DNA of 55,509 nt, counting the filler, from Sphacelaria rigidula (lineage: Eukaryota): NCBI GenBank assembly GCA_964200075.2. It is 4 parts of 4 records of this genome, joined end to end, with 100 filler letters (N's around TTAATTAATTAA, not from the genome) between each part and the next. Parts side by side here need not be neighbours in the genome. Positions count along the whole stretch, not along the records: positions 1 to 13,804 come from CAXNAA020002656.1; 3 more parts are not named here. One strand, given 5' to 3'. Below the pieces are notes generated by a model. That model made no database searches. It saw only the letters and a list, made by a program, of their open reading frames with translations, and was not told the origin of the DNA. Of the stretch, positions 1 to 11,692 are shown piece by piece. The stretch's first letter is position 1; each line of letters starts with the position of its first letter. The position numbers were made by a program, and so were the translations under genes.

Positions 1-228
1 ATTCATCACAAGTCAACTTATTATACTAAAACCAAGTAATTTCCTGACGCATCATTATTTGTCCTAACCGTGATACGTTCACTCTGGGGTTCCGTGGTGT
101 CTTCACGTCCGTACCAAGGGTTTGATTCGCAGAAGATACACCCGGCTCTGTCTTCTTACATCGTACCTTTTTCAATCTCATGTCTTCTTTGCCCTCCTCT
201 TCAATTGCAATCGCCCAGAAGGCTTAGA

Positions 229-669
229 ACGCGGGATCTTACAAAATGGGATGGATGTTTTACTGAGGGTGAGAAACCCGGCGAATTAAAATCTTCGTAT
301 CCACACCAAACCTTCAAAATATGGTTCCACTTCTTCACCTACTGATAGCTATTGACAATCTCTACACGCCATAGAAATTTGGATTTCGATCACCGAAATG
401 TTGGGGTCCTAGGTGAAAAATCAATTTTGAGGAATTTCGGGTGTCCGAACGGACGCCAAAATCGTTCCGAAATTGGTTATCCACCTAGCACCTCAAATTT
501 TCGGTGATCGAAATCCAAATTTCTATCGCGTGTAGCAGTTTTCAATTGCAATCACTAGGTGAAGAAATGAAACCATATTTCGAAGATTTGTTGTGGATAC
601 GAAGATTTGAATTTTCTGGGTTTCTCATCCTCAATAAAACATCCATCCCCAATTCGTAAGATCCCGTGT
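229..669. mobile_element. ~441-bp palindromic (foldback/MITE-like) element, copy 1
   Basis: The left arm ACGCGGGATCTTACAAAATGGGATGGATGTTTTAC... is the imperfect reverse complement of the right arm ...TAAAACATCCATCCCCAATTCGTAAGATCCCGTGT over ~200 bp. Homologous copies at 5038, 34628 and 27641. Confidence 0.85.
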
Positions 670-1165
670 TTTCGCTTGCGTGTGTCCCCCGGCACTTGTC
701 ATGGCTCGATACTCACTGCCTAGGTGGGAAAGTTGCCAGTTCGTGAGCACAGGGCTATCGGGCCCAAACACAATCATGCGTATCGAATCCATTGAGTTCG
801 ACTTTACCGAGTGCGGGGTCACCCCATATTCGCAGCGTCGGGCTGCATACTCGATGAGCCGCTCGGACGCCAGAACAACAAATGTTGCATGGAGGTCGGG
901 CTTACATTGGGAAAAGACCAGATATCCCTCTGATGCCGCAGTCCGTGATGGCGTAGATGCTCTTGTATTATTGGCGTACAGGCTAACTTCTGCGTTGCTA
1001 TTCAGAGATGCTAGTCCAGAACGTTGTGACACATGAGGGAAGACAGCTCAAATCTACCTCAAAATATTGTACGACCCATCAAGTACCAAGCATGACAAAG
1101 TATGACACATGGAACCTAGTCGACTGGAAAATGACCAATAAATCTGTAATATCCTCATACTCTCG

Positions 1166-2233
1166 TCACTGGCTTGCTTGCGCCAGATCCGGTAGCCCAT
1201 CAAGCCGCAATGGAGGAGTTGGAAGATGCCGGGACGTGTCTGGAGGAGACGGGCGAGCGAGCCTTCGACCTCTCAGTGCACTGGTTTCCATCCGTGGACA
1301 AAATGCCTTCCGAGCCGACCTTGGCGGAGGTCCTCCTGCAGACGACTCATTCAGCACTGACAGCAGCAAATTCCCGGTCTCATCATCTTCTGATGCAGAT
1401 AGCGATAGCACGGACGACGATGAAGCGGATGGTGGTAGACGGGACCGGCGTACAACAAGGGGTACGGCCGGGCGACTTCCAGCACGAGATGACATCGCTC
1501 TCGCCAACGGCGGTTGTTCAGACCGAGATGGCACGGATGACGATGAAGCGGGTGGCGGTAGACGGGGTGGGCGTACAGCAAGGGGTACGGCCGGGAGACG
1601 TCCAAGACGAGACGACATCGCTCTCGCCAGCGACGGTTGTACAGACAGAGATTGCATGGACGACGATGAAGCGGGTGGCGGTAGACGGGACCGGCGTACA
1701 ATAAGCGGTACGGCTGGGCGACGTCCAGCACGAGACAATGACTCTGTTGTGGAGAAATATCGTTTTGTCTTCTTCATCGACACCGGGGCACCCTTTTTCA
1801 TCTGAAAGGTTTTGGCGAAGCGTGTTGGCGACGACGAAGAGAGTGGGGTGGATCTGCATTGGATACGGCCGTGCCGGGATGCCATTCTTTGCCGTGCCGC
1901 CTTCATGAGCCTTGACAAGTACGGGGAGGTCGCGTTCGCGGAGAGCTGCGTGTTCTGTGAGACTCGTGGTGGGAGCGGGGAGTGCTCTAAGCGGAAGCGG
2001 AAAAAGGAATCCAGGTGGGAACCCATATCTAGAATTGTTGCGACGTGCACCGCACTCATCGGCAGAGGGGAGAAGATCTCATCTAAGGTTTTGGCGACGT
2101 TAAGGGCTGCGAGTGAAGACAGGGAGGGACGAGGGGGGGGGGGGCGTAAAAGTCGAGGCTGGGAGGGAAGTGGGGTAGGAAACGGGGCCTTGTGGTGTTG
2201 GTCGGACGGCGTCGATTGAGTGATGAGGACCAT
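1166..2233 (-). CDS. Hypothetical Ser/Pro/Arg-rich protein (355 aa) with three ~40-aa repeats; possibly the first exon of a spliced gene
   Basis: Longest ORF in the window, ATG in an AAAACATGG context. No recognisable domain. The opposite strand is also partly open, so coding status is uncertain. A protein-like frame at ~714-995 (-) ending in a GTGAGT donor could be a second exon. Confidence 0.35.
   Translation of the reverse strand: MVLITQSTPSDQHHKAPFPTPLPSQPRLLRPPPPRPSLSSLAALNVAKTLDEIFSPLPMSAVHVATILDMGSHLDSFFRFRLEHSPLPPRVSQNTQLSANATSPYLSRLMKAARQRMASRHGRIQCRSTPLSSSSPTRFAKTFQMKKGAPVSMKKTKRYFSTTESLSRAGRRPAVPLIVRRSRLPPPASSSSMQSLSVQPSLARAMSSRLGRLPAVPLAVRPPRLPPPASSSSVPSRSEQPPLARAMSSRAGSRPAVPLVVRRSRLPPSASSSSVLSLSASEDDETGNLLLSVLNESSAGGPPPRSARKAFCPRMETSALRGRRLARPSPPDTSRHLPTPPLRLDGLPDLAQASQ
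1400..1745. repeat. 120-bp tandem repeat, ~3 copies
   Basis: GACGATGAAGCGG(A/G)TGG(T/C)GGTAGACGGG recurs at ~1415, 1535 and 1660 with a period of about 120. Confidence 0.9.
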
Positions 2234-2765
2234 GTTTTAGCGGAATGTCAAGCAGTAATAACATCTACAGAGGGCGTGGTAGCTGTCCGCGATTCCGAAA
2301 GACAATATATGTGAGTGAAGGTTGATAAATGCGAGCTTCAAAATAGTCACCCTACGTTCAATAGAGATCGTACGTTCTTCTCGTGGTTCCGTGGTGCCAC
2401 TAACCACTGGTTGTTACACTGCTTATCGTAGAAGGGGTGCCCTTCAGCAATTGCCCGCCTGGGACACCTACCAACTTACGTGGTGGTCGCAGTGTACTGA
2501 TCGCGGTGGTTATGACGAGATCGGTGCGGGGGTGAGAAATAGTAGTGGGGACATCAAGCAACTGTGTGTGTGCACTATGGTCATCATATCGGAAAGGGTG
2601 GGCATGCCCGCGCACAAGAAAGAATGGCGCGGTAATAGTGAGTACAGTAAGTAGTAACTTAAATGACAGCACGGAGTACGGAGGGATAGATGGTTGATGG
2701 TTGATGGTTACAGACTTCGAAACAACCAATACCACGCTGAATATCAACATTAGTATCAGTTAATG

Positions 2766-3433
2766 CGAGGGTGGGCGAAAAAAGAAAAATGTGGACCTCC
2801 CCACCCCCCACCCCCCTTGGCCGGCACAAGGGTTTTTCCCGTTTTTTGTATAGTAATTGGTGTAGTCTTTCTGTTACTATGGGCTTCAGATTTTTTTGAA
2901 TTTTTATTTTTTTATTTGTCTCACTTTAAATTCCTTCCCTTCTTCGGGGCGAGCGCGTGGTCTCAAAAGATTAACCCATCTCTCCCCGTACACGTCTTGC
3001 ATTCTGGTCTCGCAGATAGGATCAGCACTCCCGCACCGCGTCAACCCCCGTCGAACGAACTCAGTCGGCAACTTTGTTTACTCACGTTCTCACGCTTTCC
3101 ACGGTGGAAATCACATGCTACGAAGAAAAACTCAACACATATCGGGAATCGAACCCTCGTTCTCTGCACCCTGATGGCGACAGTCGGGCCACCAGACCAC
3201 AGGGGCGCGGCTTAGTATCAGTGAAAATACCCCCCCACTTCCTCTATTCCACTACTTTCGTCCCCACCCTAAGGTCAAGTTACTCGTTCTGTTTAGGGAA
3301 CCGTGCTGTATCCTTGTTTAGAATTTAGTGTGCTGTGAACAATACCACCCCCCGCTCCCCCTCCACCCCTCGGCCGGCCCAAACTGAGGAAAATGGGGTG
3401 GGGGTCGAGGTCTTTTTTTTTCGCGTACCCTTG
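2766..3433. mobile_element. Degenerate TIR element hosting a SINE
   Basis: Imperfect inverted ends CGAGGGTGGGCGAAAAAA...CCCCACCCC and GGGGTGGGGG...TTTTTTCGCGTACCCTTG. No target-site duplication recognised. Confidence 0.35.
2891..3211 (-). mobile_element. tRNA-derived SINE, family B (copy 1)
   Basis: A-box-like TGTGGTCTGGTGG, B box GGTTCGATTCC and A-rich tail. Colinear over ~300 bp with the copy at 44043-44398. Confidence 0.8.
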
Positions 3434-5037
3434 GTTGCAACAACGAATCTCGTCACCGTGTTATTGAAACGCGCTGCCACCAATAATAAGTAGTTGACAC
3501 TGTTGGTAGTAGGGGCGGCATGTTCAAAAATGCCTGCCTGGGACATCTGCTTGTCGCAGTGAATGCGCCAGGGCGATATCCGCGGGACGATGCCATGAAC
3601 TGTACGACACGTGCATACAGTACTGCAGCATAGTACTAGAAGTGCGGAACAACATAAACTCGGCAGAAGTCAAATACGTACCTTCGCTGAACGCCGTCCG
3701 AGACTTCGGGCGACTATCAGACAAGTGACAGAACCATATTTTCGAGAAATATACGTGGTATTTTTTGGTCCAACTTTTGACCTCGTCCGTTCCCAATAAA
3801 CGATCCACCCCCAACTTGCTCTGTCCCGAAAGGGATGCGTGGTCAATGGTCACACGACTAAGGCAAGCAACAAATGAGTAAGCCACGGCAACCCACACCC
3901 CCCACCCCAACACAAGGGANNNNNNNNNNCCCGACTTTCTTTGTCCCCGAAAGGGGGCGGGGTTGATTGCCCCCCACATAAGGCAAACAACAAAGTATTC
4001 CCCCCCCCCCCCCCCCCCCAACTTGTAAATGCCATGTTTAGAGCCTATACAGGTCACCATGAGAATAACATGATTATCCTGTCCTAACATACTCTTCCTG
4101 CCATATGTCACCAGTCAACGAACTACGCATATACGACTTGTTCGACCACCGATTTCAGCTCATACGCTTTCGCCTGACCATCTCCAGTGGGACCAAAACA
4201 CGTTCTTTATTTTAGTAGTGGCATCGGATATACCTATCATCAGTGCCCATCAGTGATGCAACATGACCACATCTAATGCCTAGAAACGAGAAAAAATAAT
4301 TGGACTTCACGCTCGACGCGAACGCCCTGGCCTTTGCTTGACCATTCCTCGAAAGTGACAGTGCAGCATCACACTTAGCTAGGTTCTAGCTCGAATGTGG
4401 ACCTCGTTGTGCCGAGGGTTTCATACTTTCCAACTCACGCACGGCGCGGTACACACTCGAACGGCATACATTTCATCGTCAATCGGAGAATGATGGCCTC
4501 TTGCTAGTACTTCATTACACCCTAAACTGAAGAGTAGATGTTTCATCGACCAGACCAACGCTTTTGAAAATGATATCGTAGCCTAAACTTCCTCAAGCAC
4601 TACTTTGCTCGATCTCCCCTCAAGTGACAGTTGTACATTTTACCATCCTCCAATTCGAGCGTGGGGTTTGCTCGGCCAAGCCTTGACTGACGGCATCGCA
4701 CCTCACTCTTGAGGGTATAATGTGTCTTTGCTTAACATGTCTCAGGGAAATTCTCAGTGTCCTTTGCGTCTGACGACTATTAGTGTACTCCCCAATTTTT
4801 GGAACGTGAACTCATGGGAACAATACCATATTGTATACCAAGGACTTCAGAAAAGTCCCATCTTCGACACATCGCGATAGTTTCATTGCAGCCTTCGCTA
4901 GATAACAAATCATGCGCCCCCATGCGCCCCAGGCCAAGTCCCCATACTCTTGCAACGGTGTGTCCGTATCTCCTTTCCTGTGCTCATCCGAGGTAACTTG
5001 CACCTCAACAGGTAATTCAAAACTCAACCCAGGTATA

Positions 5038-5478
5038 ACACGATATTTTACAAAGTGGGGGTGGATTTTTTTATTGAGCATGAGAACCCGGGGGCTTCAA
5101 ACCTTCGTACCCACACCAAATCTTCGACTAATAGTTCCACTCCTCAAAATACTGGTAGCTATTAACAACTACTATACGCCATACCAATTTGGATCCTGAT
5201 AACCGACATGTTGGGGTCCAAGGTGAAGAAAATATTGTGGGGAATCGAGATGATCCGATCAGATCGCCAAAATTCCCCAAAATCGTTTTACACCCATGAC
5301 CCGAACATTTCAGTTACCGGATTCCAAATTTGTATGGCGTGTCGTAGTTGTCAAAAGCTACTACCAAGTGAAGAAAAGAAGCCATATTTCAAAGATATGG
5401 TGTGGATACGAAGGTTTTCATTCTCCGGGTTTCTCATCCTCACTAAAAAATCCATGCCCAATTTGCAAAACCCCGTGT
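5038..5478. mobile_element. ~441-bp palindromic foldback element, copy 2, flanked by TA
   Basis: TA|ACACG...CGTGT|TA. Same length and internal motifs as 229-669. Confidence 0.85.
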
Positions 5479-6479
5479 TATGTGGGCAAGCTCCCATGGC
5501 CACATGACACACAACTTGCAGTAAATTTCTCTGCCAACAAACGCGTCACCCGGAACGCATCACGTTCAAACATGGATCGAACGTAGCTCCCGAAGAAGAC
5601 ATTGGCCAACCTTTGGAAGCAACCCAAACTTCTCGAAGGAAGGGCATTTGCTCGCACAGCGTCTTATCACATTGTGCGTGGTACCGTCCGGCAAGCATAA
5701 TCATAACGCCGTGACTCTTCGCAAGCCCAACGCTCCGTCCATTTTCCGCTGCCTACGCCGGAGACCGAAAAAAAAACCCACAGAAGCCGACCACATGGCT
5801 TTTGTCACTGCTTTTTCCTTCCTTTTTGCTGGCGCTACCGTTCATGCCTTACCCAACTCTTACACTCCTGCAACCATAAATGCCACATTCTCCTCACTTG
5901 TCACCAAGCTTTGCGCAAGTCCACCTGCTTCCCTCTCAGACCCCCCTGGACTCAGAACAAGGTCAGAGGACTGCTCCAAGGGCTTCCTCATCGGGGCTTG
6001 GAGACTTCAAGGCAAATACTTTTGAGAAGCACACATGAAAAAAATTCAGCCTTCGTGATCGGAAGAAACCACGTACCTCCTTACATCATGTCACGCGTGA
6101 AGCAGTCATGGTCAGACTCCACGGGATATTCCATGACCTAATGCCATGGAACTCATATCCAAGTCGCTGTATCAACAGACACGTAGCATGCACTCGCGAG
6201 TGTACTACAGGTGCCGTAATTCACACCCCTCATAAAGCAGTTCACCCCGCCTTCGTCAGTATGAGACTAGATCTTGTCCTGCCAACCCGCAATCGTTGTT
6301 GAATCGTACCGGTTGCAGTTCTCCGTTACAGCGCTTCAGACACTCCGCTGTATCTTCAACCGCACCCATACCCACGCCTTTGGCGCTAGACAATCTCGCA
6401 GTGCCTCCAGTAGTACCATTGGCTACCGCCGGGAACTCCCGTTGCGTGGTGATTGTACATAATTCAGCACATTTGTCCG

Positions 6480-7981
6480 CTGTTTGCATCCATGTCCCCG
6501 AGGCAGCTGCTGCGGCTGTGCGAGCACAAGAAACCCTCGACCAGCGTGTTGAACCATTTCCAAACATGAGCTTCTGCAGTGATGAACGCTATGCAACGTC
6601 TTGGATGCGCTTGTTCACTTTTTCTCAAACGTCAGCTGCTGCAGCGACGCTGGTCACAATAACCCTAGATGGCCTGGTTGAAACAATTTCCAAACGTCAG
6701 CCGTTTGAACGACACAGGTCACATGACGCCCTTGACGGGCTGGTTGTTCTGTATCCAATTGTCACCCACTGCAGCGACGCAGGCCACGCCACATCCTGGA
6801 TCGGCTGGTTGAAGTGATGCCCGAACGTCAGCCGCTGCAGCGACGCGGGCAACGTCACACCCTCGATCGTCTGGTTGAAATCCTCTCCGAACGTTAGCTG
6901 CTGCAGCGACGCAGGCCACGTCACACCCTCGATCGTCTGGTTGAAGTTATTTCCGAACATCAGCTGCTGTAGCGACGCAGGCCACGCCACACCCTCGATC
7001 GGCTGGTTGAAGTCACCCCTGAACGTCAGCTGCTGTAGCGACGCAGGCCACGCCACACCCTCGATCGGCTGGTTGAAGGCATAGTCAAAACTCAGGTGCT
7101 GCAGCGACGCAGGCCACGCCACACCCTCGATAGGCTGGTCGAACATCGTCCCCAACCTCAGGTGCTGCAGCGACGCAGGCCACGCCACACCCTCGATAGG
7201 CTGGTCGAACATCGTCCCCAACCTCAGGTGCTGCAGCGACGCAGGCCACGCCACACCCTCGATAGGCTGGTCGAAGGCAACTCCGAACGTCAGCTGCTGC
7301 AGCGACGCAGGCCACGCCACACCCTCGATAGGCTGGTCGAACATCATCCCGAACCTCAGGTGCTGCAGCGACGCAGGCCACGCCACACCCTCGATAGGCT
7401 GGTTGAAGTCAGTTTCGAACGTCAGCTGCTGCAGCGAAGAAGGCCAGACCACCTTCGTGATGGGTTGATTGAAGCCTGCTCGCATTGAACTACCATCGCT
7501 CCGGAACACCATTTTCCTCACTTGCGGGGGCCAGATAATATAGTCCAGACTACGGTCAAACATACGGTCAAAGTACCAGTTTCGCACGTTGGACAAAAGA
7601 TTGGTCTTGCATAACATGATTGCCCGTCAGCACTCAACGTCCACACGACACTGTGCGCTCGTAATAAAGGCACTCGAGGTTTATCATTGCTACCCATCCT
7701 TCCAGCTGTCACAGTCGGAGATTGCTCGGCGGGATCGGCCCACAGCCTGCGCGGCGTAGATCCATCAAATTTGACCAATAGGGTGCTTACGCCGCGGCAA
7801 GCGATGCAGAGCTGCAGTGACGCCAGCTGTAATTGTTTTGTCGGCAAATACGACCTTCCCCCTGAGGAAGCCTCGTTGAGGGCCGTGGTGAAGGCGTCCA
7901 GACAAAGGTTGCTGCCTGTGTCACAAACATGGGACGAGCGCTGTGCGGTTGAGCTCGTCTGGGATTATCAAGCAGAGACGT
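6480..7981 (-). pseudogene. Intronless F-box-like + FNIP-repeat gene, disrupted
   Basis: The 5' part reconstructs as (ACG)SLLD-IPDELNRTALVPCL-DTGSNLCLDAF... with frameshifts near 7965, 7922 and 7620. Repeats below ~6750 carry frameshifts and stop codons. Confidence 0.7.
6697..7617 (-). CDS. FNIP (LRR-like, 22-aa) repeat ORF, the intact core of the disrupted gene
   Basis: Eleven consecutive units of F(N/D)QPIEGVAWPASLQxLxFxxx with a 66-bp DNA period. Confidence 0.8.
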   Translation of the reverse strand: MLCKTNLLSNVRNWYFDRMFDRSLDYIIWPPQVRKMVFRSDGSSMRAGFNQPITKVVWPSSLQQLTFETDFNQPIEGVAWPASLQHLRFGMMFDQPIEGVAWPASLQQLTFGVAFDQPIEGVAWPASLQHLRLGTMFDQPIEGVAWPASLQHLRLGTMFDQPIEGVAWPASLQHLSFDYAFNQPIEGVAWPASLQQLTFRGDFNQPIEGVAWPASLQQLMFGNNFNQTIEGVTWPASLQQLTFGEDFNQTIEGVTLPASLQRLTFGHHFNQPIQDVAWPASLQWVTIGYRTTSPSRASCDLCRSNG

Positions 7982-10176
7982 GAAACCCGTCGCGAGTTGA
8001 TGACGCAACCTGGGTCGGTGCATATCCTCAACGAACGACGAAGGAATCGGACTACAGCATGTGAAAACAGACGCTGCACGCTATTCAACATCGCAGGCAC
8101 GTATTTCTCAGCCTTGTCCCACCTCCAGATGAATCGCGGAAATGCCATCATGTCGAATTATCTGCGGATTTTACCGACTTGCCCACGATGACACCATATA
8201 TGCGTACTACTCCAACGTACTGCGGCTTTGTCCACAGGCAGTGAAGGAAATCCTGAACGTTGACTTCGCGGTGTTGTATAGCACCGGCTATTCACCAACT
8301 TGCACTAGACCACTCTTGTAATTGCGTCGGTACGCCAGTCGGCCATAATTCGCCGTGACGGACGAAAGTATATTGGCAGAGAAGTGCTCGTGCTCAAGGG
8401 CTACAATTCGCTGAGCTGTAGGTATTGTACAGCAGTACCTACTATATGCGTCATGTTTTCGCTATATATATTTTCATTGCTCAAGACCCGTCGCACCTGC
8501 TGTCGTTTCGAAGCCCGTGTCGCACACGCCAGTCCGCGCAATGCTGTGACTGTTTGCAGTCGAAATGACTGTGCCGCAAGAACGCGCCATCACGCAGCAC
8601 TCCACGCCGACAAATTTACAGTGAAGACTGAGCACACGTGTAGACCTTCTCGTGATGTTTCTTCACTCGTGCACACCTGCAATCGGATAGACGTAAATCG
8701 ACATTGGGAGATTGATAATGAGTGACTGCACCATTCTATGCATATCACTTTCCACAGAGATTAAATCCACAAGCTGGGGATGCTTAGCACTTGTACCGCT
8801 GTAGCTAGAAGTACAGCGTGGCAATCGCGGCACGAATAAGCGGAAGGCAACTATCAGTACATGGTTGTATCACGTGCCTTCATGCCAAACGTTGACAGAC
8901 GGTAGTGGTAGCCGCCTACAGCACAGTTGTGAAAGCTGTACATGTGAATCGATAGGCTTCAATATCGCCAATCGGTAGCTCAACCAGTGGCGTTACCGAT
9001 GCTAACCGTGACGTTTCTCTCCTCTCGAAGCTCCATCTCGAGCAACCAGCGTACCGATCCAAAGCACTAGAGTGCGTATCGTATTGTTCGCTTGTCGTCA
9101 ACACCTCGAACCAACCCGCACCAACAAGACAACAGGCTATATCGTGGAAAATATTGAAAATGCTGCCTGTTCGACCAGACTTGGATTTGTACAATATGTC
9201 GAACGCTACTCTCTTACAAACAGCACCAGCCCGGTTGCGATCTGACCCTGCCTTCAGTCGCTCCCCAACGTCGCCCTTACTTCTCCTTTGTACCCTCGCT
9301 GGGCCGACACATCCGAAAATAAACCGCGTATCGCGGAAAGTTTCCAGGTCTTGACCTTCATGAGATCAAGGCAATTAACCCATGTATACACACAAGGTTG
9401 ATATTCCAGTGCCCCCTGGTCGGGACAGACGGTAGCCAACACATCGCCACCTGTGCTGGTGTTGTTGCAGCTCTTCATCGGGATAATGACCTCCATGTAC
9501 AGAAGCATGAGACACCTTGGTGTACCCTGCTACATGTTTCAACTGTAAGACAACTTTCCTGGTGTCTTCCGCGTTGTGTTAAACACTACACCCGAGGAAA
9601 TACGCGGTAAACCACCGCAGTTCAGGGAGCAATACCCCATACTAACTTGTGCACATTGGTACCCAAACCTCTGGCTTCTTCATATTTCGGTCAGAGTTCT
9701 GGACCCCTATAACTTACATTGTGTCTTTTTCCTACCACCGTCCTACAAAATCACAAATGCCGTTTTATCGTTTGGGGGTGGGGTATTTGGATGGTCAAGC
9801 TGCGGGTAACGACGCAAATCGTTACGCTGCTGGCGTAGAATATTAGATTTTCATCTTCTGAGCATCCGACGGAACGTTGCTGAGCCGGTGACGGCCTTAC
9901 GACGACATCAAGATCTCTCGGAGTGTAGTCCTCGCTGTTGCACTGGCTGTTGGCTATGCGCATGACTTGCCACGAGCTCGGCGGGGTGCCGCAGAAGCCG
10001 AAGCGATATCACAGGTGTTCGGTGCCAAATAACACTCGAAACGGGCTGCCTTCCGTACACTTGTTCGACACATGACACTTTCATCTATCCTCCGATGCAT
10101 TTTATGGAGATCGACCACAAACCATTCCGCTGTAGTAAGTTCGACCTGGATGTTGAGCAGAAAAGGAGTTTCGCTA

Positions 10177-11692
10177 CAGGCCGGTTCACGGAAAAGTCTG
10201 CAAAAACACTCATCGGCAAGACTTCACGCCGTTTCAAAGAGTTAGGCCCTAACATTTTGCACAGGTGTTCTATGGGTCATGACGCAACTTTCCAAGGTCG
10301 AGGTTTGTTTACCTTCTTATTTTGTTCACCGTTTTTCCGGGGTCTCAGGTTTTGGGGGGGAAACTTCGATCCAGACGGACCCCATGAAACTGTAAAATAA
10401 TAAATAAACAAACCTCGTTCATCCGAAGTTGCATAATGACCCACAGAACACCTGTGCAAAATTTCAGGGTCTGACTCTTGAAACGGCGTGAAGTGTTTCG
10501 TGTTTGTGGGATGGACCTTGCCGTGCGACAATGAAACGGCAAACTAATAGATTAAAGTATAAAAATATCGTTTTTGGGCCTTCTTTGACGTGAACATGAA
10601 AATTCAAGCACCAGTTTCTCAAGTTCAGTCACGAAACTTTGTGGGGTTCTTCCTTGGGTTTTGCGGCGAAAGAGCGTTCGCGGAAAAATGAAAACATTAG
10701 CGTAGTGCCGCTTCCCCGGGGTCCCAGAATGGACGACTTCGGAAAACCGACTTGGATCCCGTCGGGCCCCCGAGAAACGGTAACAAATTCAAGAAGTAAA
10801 ATAACCTCTACGATCGAACCTTGCGTAATGACTCATTGCACATTCGTTTCAGGGTCTAGCTCCTCATAAATGCGTGAAGGTTTGCGCGTTCGTGCGAGGA
10901 TGTGAGGTTAAAACGTGCAGACTCCCCACTACTTGGTTTTAGTATGAAAACGTCATATTTGGGGTGAATTTCAAGTCAAAGCGAGAAAAACTGTATGAGA
11001 TTTTCGAGTTTGTCCACCAAACTTTGTACATGTGTTCCTTGGACTATCCCAGGACGCATCATGGTTTTCTTTTTTTTTTCTGAGTCATTCTGTACCGCGT
11101 TCCAGTGTCTTTGTACTTGGACCTCCGAAAGCCTATAGAGAACGGAGAAAACTTTGAAATCTTGCCAAGAACACAATTTTTCCATCTGAGGCATCAATAC
11201 CTACGCAACTACCAAGCTTGAGGATGATCTGAGCTTTTCTACAACGGATATAAGGGAAATCGTTACGAGGCTTCATGAGTCTTTCGTACGTATCGTGAGT
11301 GGAAATTGGACGACGCAAACCTCCACATCACCGATATATATTTCGGTTTCAGGTAGAGTTCGACTCCTTTGGAACAGATTCCCAATCTGTTTCCCCCGTG
11401 AGATTCCTGCGGTGATGACGGTCCCTACGATTTGAAGCATGTGGAGATTCGGTGGAAATTGGGCTGGGAATTCGTATTTTTATTTTCAGAACAAGTTGGG
11501 AGGCACTGATTGGTCGATATACATTTTTGTTCATAGCGCCACCGCTATAGCCTTTAACAAACATCCGGCTATGTCACCCTCTTCGTCTGTTCATCGCGGT
11601 CAATATTATACCATGTATGCCATTATCGGGTGCGTATTGCAAAAGGCATTTGCTGATGACAGAATTTTGGGTCTTTTAGGTGAACCAGCCTG
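10177..11692. mobile_element. Non-autonomous Tc1/mariner-type TIR element (~1.5 kb), copy 1
   Basis: TA|CAGGCCGGTTCAC...GTGAACCAGCCTG|TA. Internal inverted repeat at ~10225-10490. Colinear with 47575-50571. No transposase ORF. Confidence 0.85.

Noticed and set aside
6760-7475. CRISPR-like array (constant ~45 nt plus variable ~21 nt)
   Set aside because: The period is 66 nt, in frame, and encodes FNIP repeats. The 'spacers' are alignable codons. No cas genes, and the context is eukaryotic.
6760-7475. Diversity-generating retroelement target
   Set aside because: No reverse transcriptase or template repeat is seen, and variation is not restricted to adenine positions.
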